Shown: positions 39,260 through 49,799, counted from the first letter of the stretch. The stretch is DNA of 64,000 bases from Clostridia bacterium (GCA_050951325.1 JBMNIW010000012.1:735039-799038), one strand, 5' to 3'. Numbers and translations are program-made. The notes: a model not told the origin generated them from the letters alone.

Positions 39260-40195
39260 ATTTTTCTTGGAGGTTTTAAGAATGACTAAAATTACAACTC
39301 CAACAATTATAACTGCGGCAATTACAATAGGTATCCAGACAGGGAAGTTGTTCTCTTTGTCATCTTGTGTTGGTTTTTGAGTTTGTGTCTTTTCAGGAGT
39401 TGGTGTTTTTTCCGGAGTTGGAGTTGGTGTTGGAGTAGCGGTTGGTTCCGGTGTATTCGGGACTTCGTACTCAGGGAACTCGCCGTCAAAGACAATAAAG
39501 TTGTCTATGTGGAATTCTACATATGATGAGTCTACTGATGGAATGGGATTTTGTCCTATGCTGACATGGGCGCCAATGCCTTCCAAAGTCAGTGATGGAT
39601 CCCACATTCCTTCGGATTCTTCCCAATTGGTTAGATCGTCGTAGAATAGAATAAGCTTGTTTGTTGGGAACAAAACGTATCCGTCAAAATTCTCTGGGAT
39701 TATAAAGCCGTATCTCAAGTAGCATTGGGGTGCGTCTGAAAACACAATTTCGTGCACAAAACCGTGCTTATCCACCAAGATGATGTCATCACCCGTAAAG
39801 GGGGACAATAATATTTTTTGATCGTTCAATCTCATTTGGAACATGTAATAGATGTCGCCGTCGCATGCGTTTTTAATTTCAAAGCCCCAATACTTTGCAT
39901 TCTGATACAGTTCCTTGTGCTCGTTTGCCTTAGGTACGGAAATCAGGTATGAGTCGGATATGACAACTCCCTCGCAAATTATCTTTCCATCCTCAAGGTT
40001 CACGGTCCCGTCACGCCATACATGGGTGTAGTCAATTTCAGATTCCAAAAAGTCTTCCAATACCTTGACAGTTATTGTAGTGTCCTTGCCGTACTTGATT
40101 TCAAGGTCGTATGGAAGCTCGTTTGCGCAAATGGTAATGTTAAAAAGCAATACCAAAGTCAGTATGGATGCAATAGCAAAAGTCCTTCTAAGCAT
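39257..40195 (-). CDS. Surface beta-sandwich (CBM-like) protein with PT linker and C-terminal TM
   Basis: RBS AAGGAGG, signal peptide. IPENFDGYVLFP..FHIDNF, TPEPTATPTPTP linker, TM plus KTSKK. Confidence 0.65.
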   Translation of the reverse strand: MLRRTFAIASILTLVLLFNITICANELPYDLEIKYGKDTTITVKVLEDFLESEIDYTHVWRDGTVNLEDGKIICEGVVISDSYLISVPKANEHKELYQNAKYWGFEIKNACDGDIYYMFQMRLNDQKILLSPFTGDDIILVDKHGFVHEIVFSDAPQCYLRYGFIIPENFDGYVLFPTNKLILFYDDLTNWEESEGMWDPSLTLEGIGAHVSIGQNPIPSVDSSYVEFHIDNFIVFDGEFPEYEVPNTPEPTATPTPTPTPEKTPTPEKTQTQKPTQDDKENNFPVWIPIVIAAVIIVGVVILVILKTSKKN

Positions 40196-40337
40196 AACAG
40201 CGCCTCCTTTTTAGTTTTAGTTCAAGTTTCCTTACAACTATTATATTGCCTAGTACTTGTCCTATCAACTATTTTCTCTTGCATATGAAAGTCAAACGGT
40301 CTAAAATAGTTATAGTTTTTTAGAAAGGAAGAGATAA

Positions 40338-41189
40338 ATGCTATTATCAACTCAAACGGAATACCTTACCAACCGCTTTGGAATGGAAAAGGGAATTAGA
40401 ATGTTGTGTGAAGCAGGTTTTGACGCTCTTGACTTTTCAATGTTTTCTCTGGGAAATGAGAATGATCCGCTTAATACAGAAGGAAACGCATATATTGAAA
40501 ACATTAAAAAGACGGCAAATGAATACGGCGTTGTTTTCAATCAGGCTCACGCTCCGTTTCCATCCTGCAAGGAAAATGACGAGGAATACAACAAAAAGAT
40601 GTTCAAAGCCATAGTGAGAGCGATGGAGATTTGTAATATACTTGAAATTGGCATTGTTGTTGTTCACCCAACTGACATATCCAACCAGGAGGAAAAGAAA
40701 CGGTACAACCTCGACTTCTATAACCGTCTTCTCCCATATTGCGAGAGGTACAATGTTAAAGTTGCTCTTGAAAACATGTGGGGTTACGATGGTGTTGCAA
40801 AGAAGATAATTCCAAACGTATGCAGTACTGCTGAAGAGCTGGCTGAGTACGTGGATGCACTTGATAAAAAGTACTTCACTGTCTGTCTCGATTTGGGACA
40901 TTGCGGACTGGTGGGTGAGGATGCTGCGAACATGATTAGGATTTTAGGAAGCGACAGACTTACATCCCTTCATGTGCATGACAATGATGGCGCAAACGAC
41001 ATCCATACTGCGCCTTACTTTGGAGTAATGGACTGGAATGCCATAACAAGGGCGTTGGCTGATATTGGTTATACAGGTGATTTTACCTTTGAGGCTGATA
41101 GCTTCTATAGAGGTATTCCAGAGGAATTGCTTCTAGCCACTGCAAGGTATTTGCATGACATAGGCAGGGCACTAATGAAAATGATTTGA
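40338..41189 (+). CDS. Sugar phosphate isomerase/epimerase (AP endonuclease 2/xylose isomerase-like barrel)
   Basis: AGFDALD, VVHP, ALENM, CLDLGH, LHVHDN..DIH, FE. Confidence 0.88.
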   Translation: MLLSTQTEYLTNRFGMEKGIRMLCEAGFDALDFSMFSLGNENDPLNTEGNAYIENIKKTANEYGVVFNQAHAPFPSCKENDEEYNKKMFKAIVRAMEICNILEIGIVVVHPTDISNQEEKKRYNLDFYNRLLPYCERYNVKVALENMWGYDGVAKKIIPNVCSTAEELAEYVDALDKKYFTVCLDLGHCGLVGEDAANMIRILGSDRLTSLHVHDNDGANDIHTAPYFGVMDWNAITRALADIGYTGDFTFEADSFYRGIPEELLLATARYLHDIGRALMKMI

Positions 41190-41245
41190 ATTTTTCTTTG
41201 ATTGAGATATAATATACTTATGTTTTAAAAATGAAGGAGCGGTAT

Positions 41246-42244
41246 ATGAAAAGGAAGATTGATACAAGCAAAAGAATAGTGGTTACTGGTGCTGCTGGTT
41301 TCATAGGTTTTCATTTGTGCAAAAGGCTTTTGGATAATGGCGTAGAAGTTTACGGTTTTGACAATATGAACAATTATTATGATCCTGCACTCAAATATGC
41401 AAGGCTTGAGATATTGAAGGGTTATGACAACTTTTCCTTTGCAATAGGTGATTTGGCTGATGAAAAGGCTGTTGAGAAAATATTTGCTGATTTCAAGCCA
41501 GATATATTTGTAAACCTTGCTGCTCAGGCTGGAGTCAGATACAGTCTTGAGAATCCAAAAGCATATATCGATTCAAATGTTGTTGGGTTTTTCAATGTAC
41601 TGGAAGCTTCGAGAAAACATGGCGTATCCCACCTTGTTTATGCGTCGAGTTCTTCGGTTTATGGAAACCAGGAAAAGACGCCTTTCTCGGTTACAGACAA
41701 TGTGGACAACCCTGTAAGTCTATATGCTGCGACTAAAAAGACAAATGAACTAATGGCATACACCTACAGCCATTTGTATGGAATACCATCGACAGGATTA
41801 AGGTTTTTTACAGTGTATGGGCCTTTCGGGAGACCTGATATGGCATACTATTCCTTTACGAATAGGATTTTTAAAGGTGAAACCATAAAGGTATTCAATC
41901 ATGGTGACTTGTACAGGGACTTTACATATATTGATGATATTATTGAAGGTGTTGTAAATGTTATATACAGACAGCCTGATGCAGATGAAAAAGGCGTACA
42001 GCACAGGGTTTACAACATTGGCAACAACAAGCCTGTCAATCTGCTTGTATTTATTGAAACTTTGGAAAAAGTAATCGGTATTGAGGCAAAAAAGGAGTTT
42101 TTGCCCATGCAGAAGGGTGATGTGTATCAAACTTATGCGGATGTAAGCGATCTTGAAAGGGACTTTGGTTTTAGACCCGACACTCCTATTGAAGAAGGTC
42201 TTAAAAAGTTCGTAGAATGGTATAGAGAGTATTATAACGTGTAA
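41246..42244 (+). CDS. UDP-glucuronate 4-epimerase (extended SDR, CapI-like)
   Basis: VTGAAGFIG, NLAAQAGVRYS, ASSSSVYG, YAATKK, RFFTVYGP.GRPDMA. Confidence 0.9.
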   Translation: MKRKIDTSKRIVVTGAAGFIGFHLCKRLLDNGVEVYGFDNMNNYYDPALKYARLEILKGYDNFSFAIGDLADEKAVEKIFADFKPDIFVNLAAQAGVRYSLENPKAYIDSNVVGFFNVLEASRKHGVSHLVYASSSSVYGNQEKTPFSVTDNVDNPVSLYAATKKTNELMAYTYSHLYGIPSTGLRFFTVYGPFGRPDMAYYSFTNRIFKGETIKVFNHGDLYRDFTYIDDIIEGVVNVIYRQPDADEKGVQHRVYNIGNNKPVNLLVFIETLEKVIGIEAKKEFLPMQKGDVYQTYADVSDLERDFGFRPDTPIEEGLKKFVEWYREYYNV

Positions 42245-42257
42245 AGGAGTTTGAGAG

Positions 42258-43565
42258 ATGTACAAGATAGCAGTTGCAGGTACTGGTTATGTCGGATTGG
42301 TTGCAGGAGTCTGCTTTGCTGAAAAAGGGCATCTTGTAACATGTGTGGATGTTGATGAGAGAAAGATAGAGCTTTTAAGGCAGGGTAAGTCCCCAATATT
42401 CGAGCCTCAGGTTGAGGAACTTATGGCAAAAAACAAGGAAAGGCTTACCTATACCACAAATCATAAGGATGCATACAAGGACGCTGATGCCATATTCATA
42501 GGTGTGGGTACACCTGCGCAACCTGATGGTTCTGCGGATCTTACATACATTGCAACCGTGGCAAGGCAAATAGCGGAGTCTATTGAAAAGGACTGTCTTG
42601 TTGTGGTTAAATCTACTGTGCCGGTGGGTACCAACGACAAGGTGGAACAGTTCATACACGACTTCCTTGTTAATGATGTGAAGGTGGAAGTAGCTTCCAA
42701 CCCTGAGTTTCTTGCACAGGGTTCCGCAGTTCATGACACACTTAATGCATCAAGAATTATAATTGGAACGGAGAGCAAATGGGCTGAAGACATGTTGAAG
42801 GATATATACAAGCCTTTTAATCTCCCGATAATATCCGTAAGCAGACGGTCTGCTGAAATGATTAAGTATGCTTCAAATGACTTTCTAGCTCTTAAGATAT
42901 CATATATGAATGATATGGCAAATCTCTGCGAGCTGGTGGGAGCCGATATACAGGAAGTGGCTCTTGGCATGTCCTATGATGAAAGAATAGGAGCAAAGTT
43001 TTTGAATGCCGGAGTGGGTTTTGGAGGCTCTTGCTTTCCAAAGGATACCAAAGCTCTCAGTTATCTTGCAGAGCAGAATGGATACGTTTTGAGAACCGTA
43101 AGGGCATGCATAGATGTGAATAATGACCAGAAGACCATACTATATAAAAAGGCATCCAAACGTTTAATAACCTTTAATGGGTTGAAGGTTGCAATACTTG
43201 GAGTTACCTTCAAACCGGGTACTGACGATCTGAGGGAAGCTCCATCTCTTGCAAACATTCCGCTTCTTTTGGAGCATGGCGCCTGTATATATGCGTATGA
43301 TCCCGTAGGTCTTGATAATTTGAAGAAGTTTTACCCTGAAGGCAACCATAAAAAAGGTTCTATTACGTATGCAAAGACAATTGAAGATGCGTTGAAGGAT
43401 GCAAATGTTTGCTTTATCTTTACGGAGTGGAAGCAGATAAAGGATGTAAAGCCTGAAACTTATAAGAAACTAATGAGGACGCCTCTTGTTTACGACGGCA
43501 GAAACATTTACCCTGTAAATGTTATGAAGGACACTGGCGTTGAGTATTACTCAATTGGAAGATAG
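42258..43565 (+). CDS. ugd: UDP-glucose 6-dehydrogenase
   Basis: GTGYVG, KSTVPVG, NPEFL, GFGGSCFPKD, FKPGTDDLRE. Confidence 0.92.
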   Translation: MYKIAVAGTGYVGLVAGVCFAEKGHLVTCVDVDERKIELLRQGKSPIFEPQVEELMAKNKERLTYTTNHKDAYKDADAIFIGVGTPAQPDGSADLTYIATVARQIAESIEKDCLVVVKSTVPVGTNDKVEQFIHDFLVNDVKVEVASNPEFLAQGSAVHDTLNASRIIIGTESKWAEDMLKDIYKPFNLPIISVSRRSAEMIKYASNDFLALKISYMNDMANLCELVGADIQEVALGMSYDERIGAKFLNAGVGFGGSCFPKDTKALSYLAEQNGYVLRTVRACIDVNNDQKTILYKKASKRLITFNGLKVAILGVTFKPGTDDLREAPSLANIPLLLEHGACIYAYDPVGLDNLKKFYPEGNHKKGSITYAKTIEDALKDANVCFIFTEWKQIKDVKPETYKKLMRTPLVYDGRNIYPVNVMKDTGVEYYSIGR

Positions 43566-43628
43566 GACTCTGGACTTAATAAAGTTTTTATGGTATATTT
43601 GGTGACGGCTTAACAACAAGGAGGCATT

Positions 43629-45005
43629 ATGCTTAGAAAAGTTACATGTCTTTGTCTGCTGATTGTTCTTGTGCTCAGTGCATGCAACCGTCAAGACAAA
43701 ATAGTATATAGTGAGAGAGATGATAATAAAAGAGTCATGGATATGATCGTCTGGTATGACATCGACCATGGCTCAAAAGCTAAAAACGGAATTGGTTGGT
43801 GGCCACTTAACCCACAGCATCCTGGCAGGATAAAAGCCAGTGGCTATTACAGGACCACCACGCCATTGCTCGGGCTGTATGATATTGGAGAAGAGTCCAC
43901 GGTTGTACAGCACCTGTACTGGTTTGCCGCTCTTGGAGCTAATGCTGTTACTTGTGACTGGACAAATTACACAACAGAGCCCGGACCAAACATAAAGTAT
44001 AATAAAGATATTTACAACAATACGGAAAACTTTCTGAGGACGGCTCAGAAAATTCAGGGAAATGTGGATTTCCCTGTGGCAAAACTGTATCCTACGGTGC
44101 GTCTTTATGAAGAAAGGTATGAGCTTTTATCATCGGTACTTGATAATGCGTATGCTTTGTATGAAAAATACAGCGATGTGTGGTACAAATTTGACGGTTC
44201 CGACAAGCCTTTCATTGTAATATTTGCAGATTGGAGTCTTCTAAACGATGAGTGGCATGACAAAGAGATTCCTTTCAAGGATGACAGGTTTGATATTAGG
44301 TGGAGCAATGGTCACTTGTACGGCAGCACTGTGGAGGACAATCAGGGAAGGCTCAAGATTCCCAAGGACAAGCCTTACTGGTTATTTGTAGAGGAAGTAA
44401 AGGATGAGAAGGAAGGCTACTACAAGGTCTTCTACAAGGAAGGAAAGGATAATAAAGTTGAACAGATGATGTGCTGGGCTGCCATTTACAACGGCTGGTC
44501 GCAGGAAGAAGACAGTCCGTGGGATGGTATGGATCAGGTGTATGACGGCAAGACCACATTTGAGCGCTCCCTCAGGGATGTAAAGGAGTTGTCCCCAAAG
44601 GCTCTTCTTGTAAACAGGTTCAATTATCCCATGGCTTGGACGCAGCATCCTTATGAAGGTATCTCCCTTTACGACAGTGTTCACTTTGAGCCAAACCGGG
44701 ATTTTGGATTTTTGGTTTTCAACAATGTAATGAAGAATCTTTATGATCTGAACAACTGGGTGGGCAAGTCACCTTTGAAACCGGAACCTGAAATGTTGGA
44801 GGGTAATAGATTCAGTCTTCCGATAATCAACTATCCTCTTGAGTACAGAATTGGTATTGATGAGGATTTTACAGATAGTGAATGGAAGTATATAAATATA
44901 AATGAGTGGATATCTTATGAAGAATATCTGGATAATGACGGTATATATGTCCAGACAAGGAATGCTTTTGGAGAAAGCGACATTGCATACGTTAAACTAA
45001 AGTAG
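43629..45005 (+). CDS. Lipoprotein, divergent GH99-like TIM-barrel glycosidase candidate
   Basis: Lipobox LSAC. VWY, PLLGLYD..QHL, DWTN, FEPN echo the GH99-like paralogs weakly. Confidence 0.5.
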   Translation: MLRKVTCLCLLIVLVLSACNRQDKIVYSERDDNKRVMDMIVWYDIDHGSKAKNGIGWWPLNPQHPGRIKASGYYRTTTPLLGLYDIGEESTVVQHLYWFAALGANAVTCDWTNYTTEPGPNIKYNKDIYNNTENFLRTAQKIQGNVDFPVAKLYPTVRLYEERYELLSSVLDNAYALYEKYSDVWYKFDGSDKPFIVIFADWSLLNDEWHDKEIPFKDDRFDIRWSNGHLYGSTVEDNQGRLKIPKDKPYWLFVEEVKDEKEGYYKVFYKEGKDNKVEQMMCWAAIYNGWSQEEDSPWDGMDQVYDGKTTFERSLRDVKELSPKALLVNRFNYPMAWTQHPYEGISLYDSVHFEPNRDFGFLVFNNVMKNLYDLNNWVGKSPLKPEPEMLEGNRFSLPIINYPLEYRIGIDEDFTDSEWKYININEWISYEEYLDNDGIYVQTRNAFGESDIAYVKLK

Positions 45006-45068
45006 GCAAATGCATGCCAAATATTTCGGCATGTGATTATATACTAAAATATACTCGGAGGTATAAAG

Positions 45069-45806
45069 ATGAAGAAAACAGTATTATTAATTATGATTTT
45101 GTCTCTTGTATTTGTAATCGTTGCATGTACAGGCGGAGACAAGGATGAAGATCCAACACCAACCGCAACACCAACACCGGAGGTAACCCAGGAGCCTACT
45201 GAAGAGCCGGATCCAACAGAGGAACCAACTCCAGCTCCTACTAGACAGCCAGATCCTGAGGTTGACGGTATAATATTCCACTTCTTCTACGACTATGATT
45301 ATGGTCACGAAGTACTCCAAGACACTCAGCAAGTTGACACTGAGTGGGTGGAAGGAAAGGGACTTGCAATCTCACCAGTAAGTGATGATCCATGGGTGAT
45401 GATTACAGCAATCGGCCCTAATGACGAGGAAGTTAATATCATGGAATACCCTGTATTAAAGATGAGGGTTTTGAATCAGACTCCAAGCAACCTGTTTGAA
45501 GCTTTTGTGGGAAGAACAACCATCATAACTGGTGATGACCTGTTCCAAAGTACAATAGAGCCAAATGGAACTGATTTTGTTGACATCATCATTGACTTGG
45601 CGGCGTTAAAGGGAGAGGACTTCTTGGCTGTAAACAATGGCACACTGGCATGTGTCAGATTGGACATAGTAAACCTTACACCATGGAAGGATCAAATTGA
45701 GGAAAAAGCCGGTGACGGAACATATATGATTTATCTTGATTATTTCGGTTTCTTCAAGACAGTGGAAGATGCTCAGAATTGGGTTCCATCCCACCTTTCA
45801 GAATAA
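45069..45806 (+). CDS. Lipoprotein with PT linker and beta-sandwich module (family B)
   Basis: RBS GGAGG, lipobox IVAC. DDPWV, YPVLKMRV, IIIDL, VRLDI, YLDYFGFFKTVEDA. Confidence 0.7.
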   Translation: MKKTVLLIMILSLVFVIVACTGGDKDEDPTPTATPTPEVTQEPTEEPDPTEEPTPAPTRQPDPEVDGIIFHFFYDYDYGHEVLQDTQQVDTEWVEGKGLAISPVSDDPWVMITAIGPNDEEVNIMEYPVLKMRVLNQTPSNLFEAFVGRTTIITGDDLFQSTIEPNGTDFVDIIIDLAALKGEDFLAVNNGTLACVRLDIVNLTPWKDQIEEKAGDGTYMIYLDYFGFFKTVEDAQNWVPSHLSE

Positions 45807-45823
45807 CAATGTGGAAAGACATG

Positions 45824-45853
45824 GGACTGCCCTTATAAGGGCAGTCCTTTTTT
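45824..45853 (+). terminator. Rho-independent terminator
   Basis: GGACTGCCCTTATAAGGGCAGTCC then T6. Confidence 0.85.
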
Positions 45854-45959
45854 ATGTCAAAAATATTAAGATACATATATATAATCGACAATATTATTAA
45901 GGAAAACTTGAATAATATGTAGTTTAATTAATTTGCAGGCATATCTTAAAGGAGTAAAT

Positions 45960-48119
45960 ATGAAAGCGGATATAGAAAAGTTGAACAAGGCAAGAAAAAA
46001 AGCAAAGGAGCTTCTTGCCAAAATGAATATAAATGAAAAAGTAGGGCAGTTGTCCCAGTTTGGCAGATCCATTTATGGCGGCGTTGAAAGCTATTATGAA
46101 GACCATTACAAGGAAGGCAAAATCGGCTCGTATTTGGGAGTGACAGGAGCCAATAAGACGAATATGGTACAGAAAAATCTGATGAGCGAGACTCCGCACA
46201 ACATACCAGCAATTTTTGCATATGATGTCATACACGGATACAAGACAACCTTTCCTACACCTCTTACCCAATCCTTTTCATGGGATACAAATGTGGTAAG
46301 AGAATGTGCGTCCGTTTCTGCAAAGGAAGCTTATGCTGCAGGTGTCAAGTGGACTTTTGCACCCATGGTAGACATTGCAAGGGACCCTCGCTGGGGAAGA
46401 ATCATGGAAGGTTACGGCGAAGACCCTTATCTGTGTTCGGAGATGGCAAAGGCTGCCGTTGAAGGATACCAGGGAGATTTTATAGGGCAAAAGGACAAGG
46501 TGATTGCATGCGCCAAGCATTTTGTTACATACGGTGCATGTATTGGAGGCAGAGACTACAACAGTGCAGACATGTCTTTACAGACCCTGCATGATGTATA
46601 TATTCCACCATTTAAGGCAGCCTTTGATGCGGGTGCTGCCACCTGCATGGCTGCTTTTAACGATTTTAACGGTGTTCCGTGCACATGCAACAAGTATCTT
46701 TTAAAAGATGTTTTACGCAAACAATTGGGTTTTGATGGAGTTGTAATAAGTGATGCGGGAGCTGTTGTGGAGCTGATACCGCACAATGTGTGCGACAATG
46801 TTAAGGATGCGGTTGACCTTGCGTTCAATGCAGGGATCGACATTATTATGGCGTTTGATCCTTTCAATGACAATATTCCTGAATTGGTTGAAGAAGGAAG
46901 GATAAATATTGAGGATGTGGATAAGGCTGTTGAAAGAGTCCTTGTAATCAAAGAACTGCTTGGACTTTTTGATGATCCGTTTGTGGAGGAGGAAGGAGAA
47001 CAGTGCTTCTTTTCACCAGAGCACAGAGCTGTTGCAAGAGATAGTGCAAGACGTTCAGTGGTTCTCTTAAAGAATGAGGAAAAGGTTCTTCCAATTGAAA
47101 AAGGCGCAAAAATAGCGTTAATTGGGCCTCTTGCAGAAAACAAGGCGGATGTGCTGGGTTCCTGGGCTGGTTTGTGCGAGCCAGAAAAGACAATTACTGT
47201 TATGGAAGGAATTGCTGGTGCGTATGGATGGGAAAAGGTCTTCTATGCAAAAGGCTGCGATATTGATAGCAGCGACAAATCAGGATTTGATGAAGCATTG
47301 CATATTGCCAAGCAGGCAGATGTGGTGATTCTTGCTGTTGGAGAATCAAGGGACATGTCCGGTGAGGCCTGCTGCAGATCCGACTTGAGGCTGCCTGGTG
47401 TACAGGAGGAACTTATATCTAAAATTGCGGAAACAGGAAAACCCATATGTGCTATTGTTTTTGCAGGAAGACCGATCGTAATGGAAAGTTGGAAGGATTC
47501 TGTAAAGTCAATACTCTTTGCAGGACAGACGGGTACAGAAACCGGTAATGCAGTAGCAGATATTATATCCGGAGAGTACAATCCGTCCGGAAGATTGACA
47601 TGCACATTCCCGTATAGCGTTGGACAGATACCAATATATTATAGTGCATTGAATACAGGCCGCCCTGCGCTTGGTAAAATACGTTTTGAAGCAAAATACA
47701 TGGATGCACCTATTGAGCCAGCATATTGTTTTGGTTATGGTTTAAGTTATACCGAGTTTGAATATTCAAATCTTAAGTTGTCCAAAAAAGAGATTAACAA
47801 GGATGAATTTCTGGATATTAGTGTGAATGTCAAGAATATTGGGGAATTTGACGGAGAGGAAGTTGTTCAGCTTTATGTTCGGGATCTGATCGGAACTAGT
47901 GCAAGACCCATGAAGGAGCTGAAAGGTTTTAAGAAGGTCTTTGTTAAAAAAGGCGAAACAGTAAAGGTTGAATTCAGGCTTCACGCATTAAGTCTGGCTT
48001 TTCATAATTTTGATATGGAATATGTAATTGAACCTGGAGAGTTCAAAATAATGATAGGAAAAAGCTCACAGGATATTGTGCTTGAAGATAATTTTTATGT
48101 GAAGGAAGGGATAATATGA
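45960..48119 (+). CDS. bglX: GH3 beta-glucosidase (BglX-like), cytoplasmic
   Basis: DVIHG, RDPRWGR..EGYGEDPYL, KHF, VISD nucleophile, SGEA, C-terminal Fn3-like EVVQLY..ELKGF. Confidence 0.88.
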   Translation: MKADIEKLNKARKKAKELLAKMNINEKVGQLSQFGRSIYGGVESYYEDHYKEGKIGSYLGVTGANKTNMVQKNLMSETPHNIPAIFAYDVIHGYKTTFPTPLTQSFSWDTNVVRECASVSAKEAYAAGVKWTFAPMVDIARDPRWGRIMEGYGEDPYLCSEMAKAAVEGYQGDFIGQKDKVIACAKHFVTYGACIGGRDYNSADMSLQTLHDVYIPPFKAAFDAGAATCMAAFNDFNGVPCTCNKYLLKDVLRKQLGFDGVVISDAGAVVELIPHNVCDNVKDAVDLAFNAGIDIIMAFDPFNDNIPELVEEGRINIEDVDKAVERVLVIKELLGLFDDPFVEEEGEQCFFSPEHRAVARDSARRSVVLLKNEEKVLPIEKGAKIALIGPLAENKADVLGSWAGLCEPEKTITVMEGIAGAYGWEKVFYAKGCDIDSSDKSGFDEALHIAKQADVVILAVGESRDMSGEACCRSDLRLPGVQEELISKIAETGKPICAIVFAGRPIVMESWKDSVKSILFAGQTGTETGNAVADIISGEYNPSGRLTCTFPYSVGQIPIYYSALNTGRPALGKIRFEAKYMDAPIEPAYCFGYGLSYTEFEYSNLKLSKKEINKDEFLDISVNVKNIGEFDGEEVVQLYVRDLIGTSARPMKELKGFKKVFVKKGETVKVEFRLHALSLAFHNFDMEYVIEPGEFKIMIGKSSQDIVLEDNFYVKEGII

Positions 48120-49693
48120 GAAAATTTGTATCACTATTACTGGTATTTGCGTTTGTTGCGATAATGTCAAATCCATTTGTATTAAATGCTAAAACCAATG
48201 TAGTCAAGATACTGTCATTTTCAGAGGACTTTGACGGAATTGATAATGTGGAAGGTTTGAAAGAGTACTGGAATGTGATTGATCCTTTGAATGGCAATGT
48301 ACATCAGTTGGTCGAAGAAGAAGGGAACAATGTTCTTCACATGTCCAAGTTCAGCGGACTTATGTGGAAGGAAGCTTTGGGAAGGTATGAGTTTTCTGCA
48401 GACATGAAGATTGATCCTATCAACGACAAGTCAACCCATGGTACCGGTACAGCTTTGCTTGTTCGTGTCAATCGTGAGAACATGGCAGGAAAACCTGTAT
48501 ACGAATCATATCCTGAAGAAGGAAGACAGCTTGGTACATCTGGTATCGTAATATATCTGTGGCAGAACAATATAAATATTACTGTAAGAACGTTTGATGA
48601 GGAAACCAATACTGTCGGTCCGGTAGTCAACTTTGGAAACATGCGTCTTCCTAATGGGAAAGATGCAAGGAATGATTTTGTTAATGTAAAGGTAGCGGAT
48701 GACGGAAAGGGAGTTATTAAGATTTATCTTGACGACATTCTTTATGTTACATTTACTTTGTCTGAGGAAAAGGAGCTGTCAGACGGTACAAGAACAGCAG
48801 TATTCTATACCAGACTGAAAGCTGAGTTTTCTCCTGACATAAACTTCTGGGACAACAAAAACGTAACGGAAGTTAACAATGCGTTTGTTTCTGCTTCAAA
48901 TGGTACAATTTCTTATGCCACAAGGAATTTTGGTGGTTATGTCGGACATTATGTGGATAACATTAAAATGGACATATTTACAGAGTTTGAGGGCAACACG
49001 GATGCAGACCCTGTTACCTGGGTGGACTACTCAGATGTTGACAATGTAAAACTAAAATACATTGAAGGCAAAGACATGGAAGCAGTTAACGGTGGTGCAA
49101 AAATTAATGCTGAAAAAGGCGGATTTTTGTATCTGCGTTTCCCTGATGAGATTGTAACTGATGCAGACAATGACTATTACCTTGTGATTAAATACAAGTA
49201 TGGTGAAAATGCTGAGACGGACAAATTCTTTGGAGGTCTTATCCTCACTTCTTCTGCTGAAAGAGAAGATTATGCTTCAATAAATTCCGGAGGAATGCGC
49301 TATCTGCAAGCCTTAGGTCAAACTGTTAATCATACCAACATAGTTGCCGGAGACGATGGCTACTATTACCTTCTGGCACGCATTTCATACAACAAGGACA
49401 AACTCAGCTCACTTCCTGACAACCATGCCAAAGTAAAGTTTGTGAGAATTGAACTTAATGATGAGGCGGACAAAGTAGACGAACTTGTTATAGGCGGAGC
49501 GGCCATATACAAGGATGAGTTTGGTTTTGCAGACAACTACCAGCTTGCTCCTTTCATACCTCATGCGGTTCCTGAAGGAGGTACTAACGAGGAAACACCA
49601 AATCCCCCAACTGGCGATGCCGGACTATTAATCACAGCACTGCTTCTGTCATCAGTGGTTTTGTTAAGGAAAAGGTTTTTTATAGTTGAATAG
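48116..49693 (+). CDS. Two-domain surface protein (family A jelly-roll plus second beta-sandwich) with NPPTG sorting signal
   Basis: Overlaps GH3 stop. Signal peptide. FSEDF, GTSGI, VKVADDG, YATR..VDNI. Ends NPPTGD, TM, RKR. Confidence 0.7.
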   Translation: MRKFVSLLLVFAFVAIMSNPFVLNAKTNVVKILSFSEDFDGIDNVEGLKEYWNVIDPLNGNVHQLVEEEGNNVLHMSKFSGLMWKEALGRYEFSADMKIDPINDKSTHGTGTALLVRVNRENMAGKPVYESYPEEGRQLGTSGIVIYLWQNNINITVRTFDEETNTVGPVVNFGNMRLPNGKDARNDFVNVKVADDGKGVIKIYLDDILYVTFTLSEEKELSDGTRTAVFYTRLKAEFSPDINFWDNKNVTEVNNAFVSASNGTISYATRNFGGYVGHYVDNIKMDIFTEFEGNTDADPVTWVDYSDVDNVKLKYIEGKDMEAVNGGAKINAEKGGFLYLRFPDEIVTDADNDYYLVIKYKYGENAETDKFFGGLILTSSAEREDYASINSGGMRYLQALGQTVNHTNIVAGDDGYYYLLARISYNKDKLSSLPDNHAKVKFVRIELNDEADKVDELVIGGAAIYKDEFGFADNYQLAPFIPHAVPEGGTNEETPNPPTGDAGLLITALLLSSVVLLRKRFFIVE

Positions 49694-49708
49694 TACTAGA
49701 AAAAATAA

Positions 49709-49736
49709 GCGGCTTGTTTAACAAGCCGCATTTTTT
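49709..49736 (+). terminator. Rho-independent terminator
   Basis: GCGGCTTGT-TTA-ACAAGCCGC then ATTTTTT. Confidence 0.75.
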
Positions 49737-49799
49737 AATGCTAACAAGCCAGTAAAAACTTATGATATAATTAATCAAGTTTTTAAGGCAGGTGAGGTT

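Noticed and set aside
39395-39455. Short tandem DNA repeats (also near 19545, 29150, 31555, 45155)
   Set aside because: Explained by Pro/Thr linker coding. They are degenerate at third positions and are not contingency or VNTR loci.
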